Origin: Candidatus Fermentibacteraceae bacterium
GTDB lineage: Bacteria > Fermentibacterota > Fermentibacteria > Fermentibacterales > JCC-6
DNA length: 64,000 bases
Assembly: GCA_041750285.1 (NCBI GenBank)
Contig: JBGSZS010000021.1
Location: 25,987-89,986 of the forward strand
Reading direction: 5' to 3'
Shown here: positions 63,024-64,000 of the stretch, in pieces
Layout of the letters: every line of letters starts with the position of its first letter
Numbering within the stretch: the first letter of the stretch is position 1
Translations under genes and position numbers: made by a program
The notes under the pieces: model-generated
Told to the model about the DNA's origin: nothing
The model's input: the letters and a program-made list of their open reading frames with translations, nothing else
The model's database searches: none

Positions 63024-63626
63024 CTATCGGAAACTGGCCTTTATTGCTCCGAAGGTCATGGGTGAAAGGCTCATTGATCCGGAAAGAAGCAGGTTGGGAC
63101 AGAACTCAAAGGCGTCTCCCGTTGGGCTGCCGAAAAACGATGTCATGGTCCTGTTGACGCCGGGTGTGCTCCAGTGGCCGGCATACAGCTCCATGTCTCC
63201 GTTCGGCCATGCGATCTCGATGATGAGGTTGCCCGTTCCGCTGTAGAAGTAGGGAGTATCGAGCGGTACCGTAATCCAGCCTCCGCTTGGAGCGAAGGAT
63301 GCATTGGTATGTTGGTATACGGTAGTCTTGCCCCCTGAGTAGTTTTCTTCATAGTTGTTTCCCAGGGAACCTCCCGCAGCCGCTCCCATGTACATCGTGA
63401 ACTGGTCGAAAACAACCGCGTTGCCGGAGGTGTGCCTGAAAGCAACCGAATTGATCGTCATGGCGTCGCCGATTTCACTGCCGAGCACTACCACCTGGTA
63501 GCGCAGGGACTCAGTTCAATTGGCGCAGAACGGTGCGTTGAACGGAAACTGGTTCGACCCTATCTCCACATCGGCGCAGAAGGCTGAAATACCAAGCATT
63601 GCCAGCAGTACAAGCGATGTTTTCAT
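63024..63626 (-). CDS. Putative secreted selenoprotein, paralog 1 (CAN-U37); Sec codon TGA at 63518-63516
   Basis: MKTSLVLLAMLGISAFCADVEIGSNQFPFNAPFCAN*TESLRYQVVVLGSEIG in one frame; GGGAG RBS; C-terminal TFGAIKASFR. Confidence 0.87.
63485..63504 (-). promoter_or_regulatory. Bacterial SECIS-like hairpin 1
   Basis: GCGCUACC-AGGU-GGUAGUGC (8-bp stem) begins 11 nt after the UGA. Confidence 0.82.
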
Positions 63627-63770
63627 TTTAACTCCCGTCGCAAGCCAGAGAAATCCTTTTCCTGAAACCAATAGTATTCTATACGGCATCGTGTTCCATG
63701 GCAAGACCGGTAGAGCTTGGCACACTTGACAGAGAAGGGTTTTTGAAGATATTCCCACTCCCATTTGCGT

Positions 63771-63847
63771 GGTCCGGTAGTTCAATCGGTTAGAGCACCG
63801 GCCTGTCACGTCGGAAGTTGCGAGTTCGAGTCTCGTCCGGACCGCCA
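63771..63847 (+). tRNA. tRNA-Asp(GTC)
   Basis: GGTCCGG/CCGGACC acceptor stem, anticodon loop CT-GTC-AC, TTCGAGT T-loop and encoded CCA; TTGACA 45 nt upstream. Confidence 0.96.
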
Positions 63848-63858
63848 GATGGGATAGA

Positions 63859-63888
63859 GGCCGCCGGGGAACCTCCCGGCGGCTTTTT
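63859..63888 (+). terminator. Intrinsic terminator after tRNA-Asp
   Basis: GCCGCCGGG...CCCGGCGGC stem followed by TTTTT. Confidence 0.8.
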
Positions 63889-63916
63889 CATGCGGTTCGA
63901 CAGCGGACAAACAGGA

Positions 63917-64000
63917 TCAGTTACCCACCAGAACGAAGCGCTCCCGCAGCACTTCTTCTCCCGCAGTCATCCGCACGAAGTACGCTCCCGGAGGAAGGGA
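63917..64000 (-). CDS. 3' end of a gene with a T9SS-like C-terminal domain (partial)
   Basis: Manual translation SLPPGAYFVRMTAGEEVLRERFVLVGN*, typical LxxGxYFVR tail. Confidence 0.7.
   Translation of the reverse strand, partial: SLPPGAYFVRMTAGEEVLRERFVLVGN

Noticed and set aside
61673..63626. The three split genes interpreted as pseudogenes or as genome-wide UGA reassignment
   Set aside because: The same TGA at the same aligned position in three diverged paralogs, with intact frames and a conserved hairpin, is not what decay looks like. TGA terminates many core genes in the window (gyrA, gyrB, dnaA, parA).

Overview
High-GC chromosomal window spanning the replication origin of an anaerobic, fermentative, diderm bacterium. 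T9SS-like C-terminal domains, a Na+-type V/A-ATPase and TFG/TWG-x-IKA C-terminal tails suggest the FCB superphylum, possibly Ca. Fermentibacterota; this is inference. Left to right: a V/A-type ATPase operon (H/G-I-K-E-C-F-A-B-D, minus strand), bactofilin, asparaginase, a 1184-aa orphan, gyrA-gyrB-dciA-dnaN-oriC-dnaA, and rpmH-rnpA-yidD-yidC-mnmE-mnmG-rsmG-parAB with two parS sites. Next come a ferredoxin, ptb-buk-iorAB, signalling genes, prs, a methylmalonyl-CoA decarboxylase Na+-pump operon, secreted T9SS-type enzymes, tRNA-Ser and tRNA-Asp. The best candidate for an undescribed system is at 60.3-63.6 kb: three tandem paralogous secreted proteins that the ORF track splits at an in-frame TGA. 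Each TGA lies in a C-x-x-TGA motif and is followed exactly 11 nt later by a conserved hairpin with an AGGU loop, like a bacterial SECIS, so these look like exported CxxU selenoproteins. The last copy is translationally coupled to a NapH/NosR-like membrane protein with Cys-rich repeats. A second unusual operon (52.4-56.6 kb) encodes four signal-peptide/lipoprotein 2[4Fe-4S]-type ferredoxins, a probable outer-membrane beta-barrel and a DsbD_2-like membrane protein.
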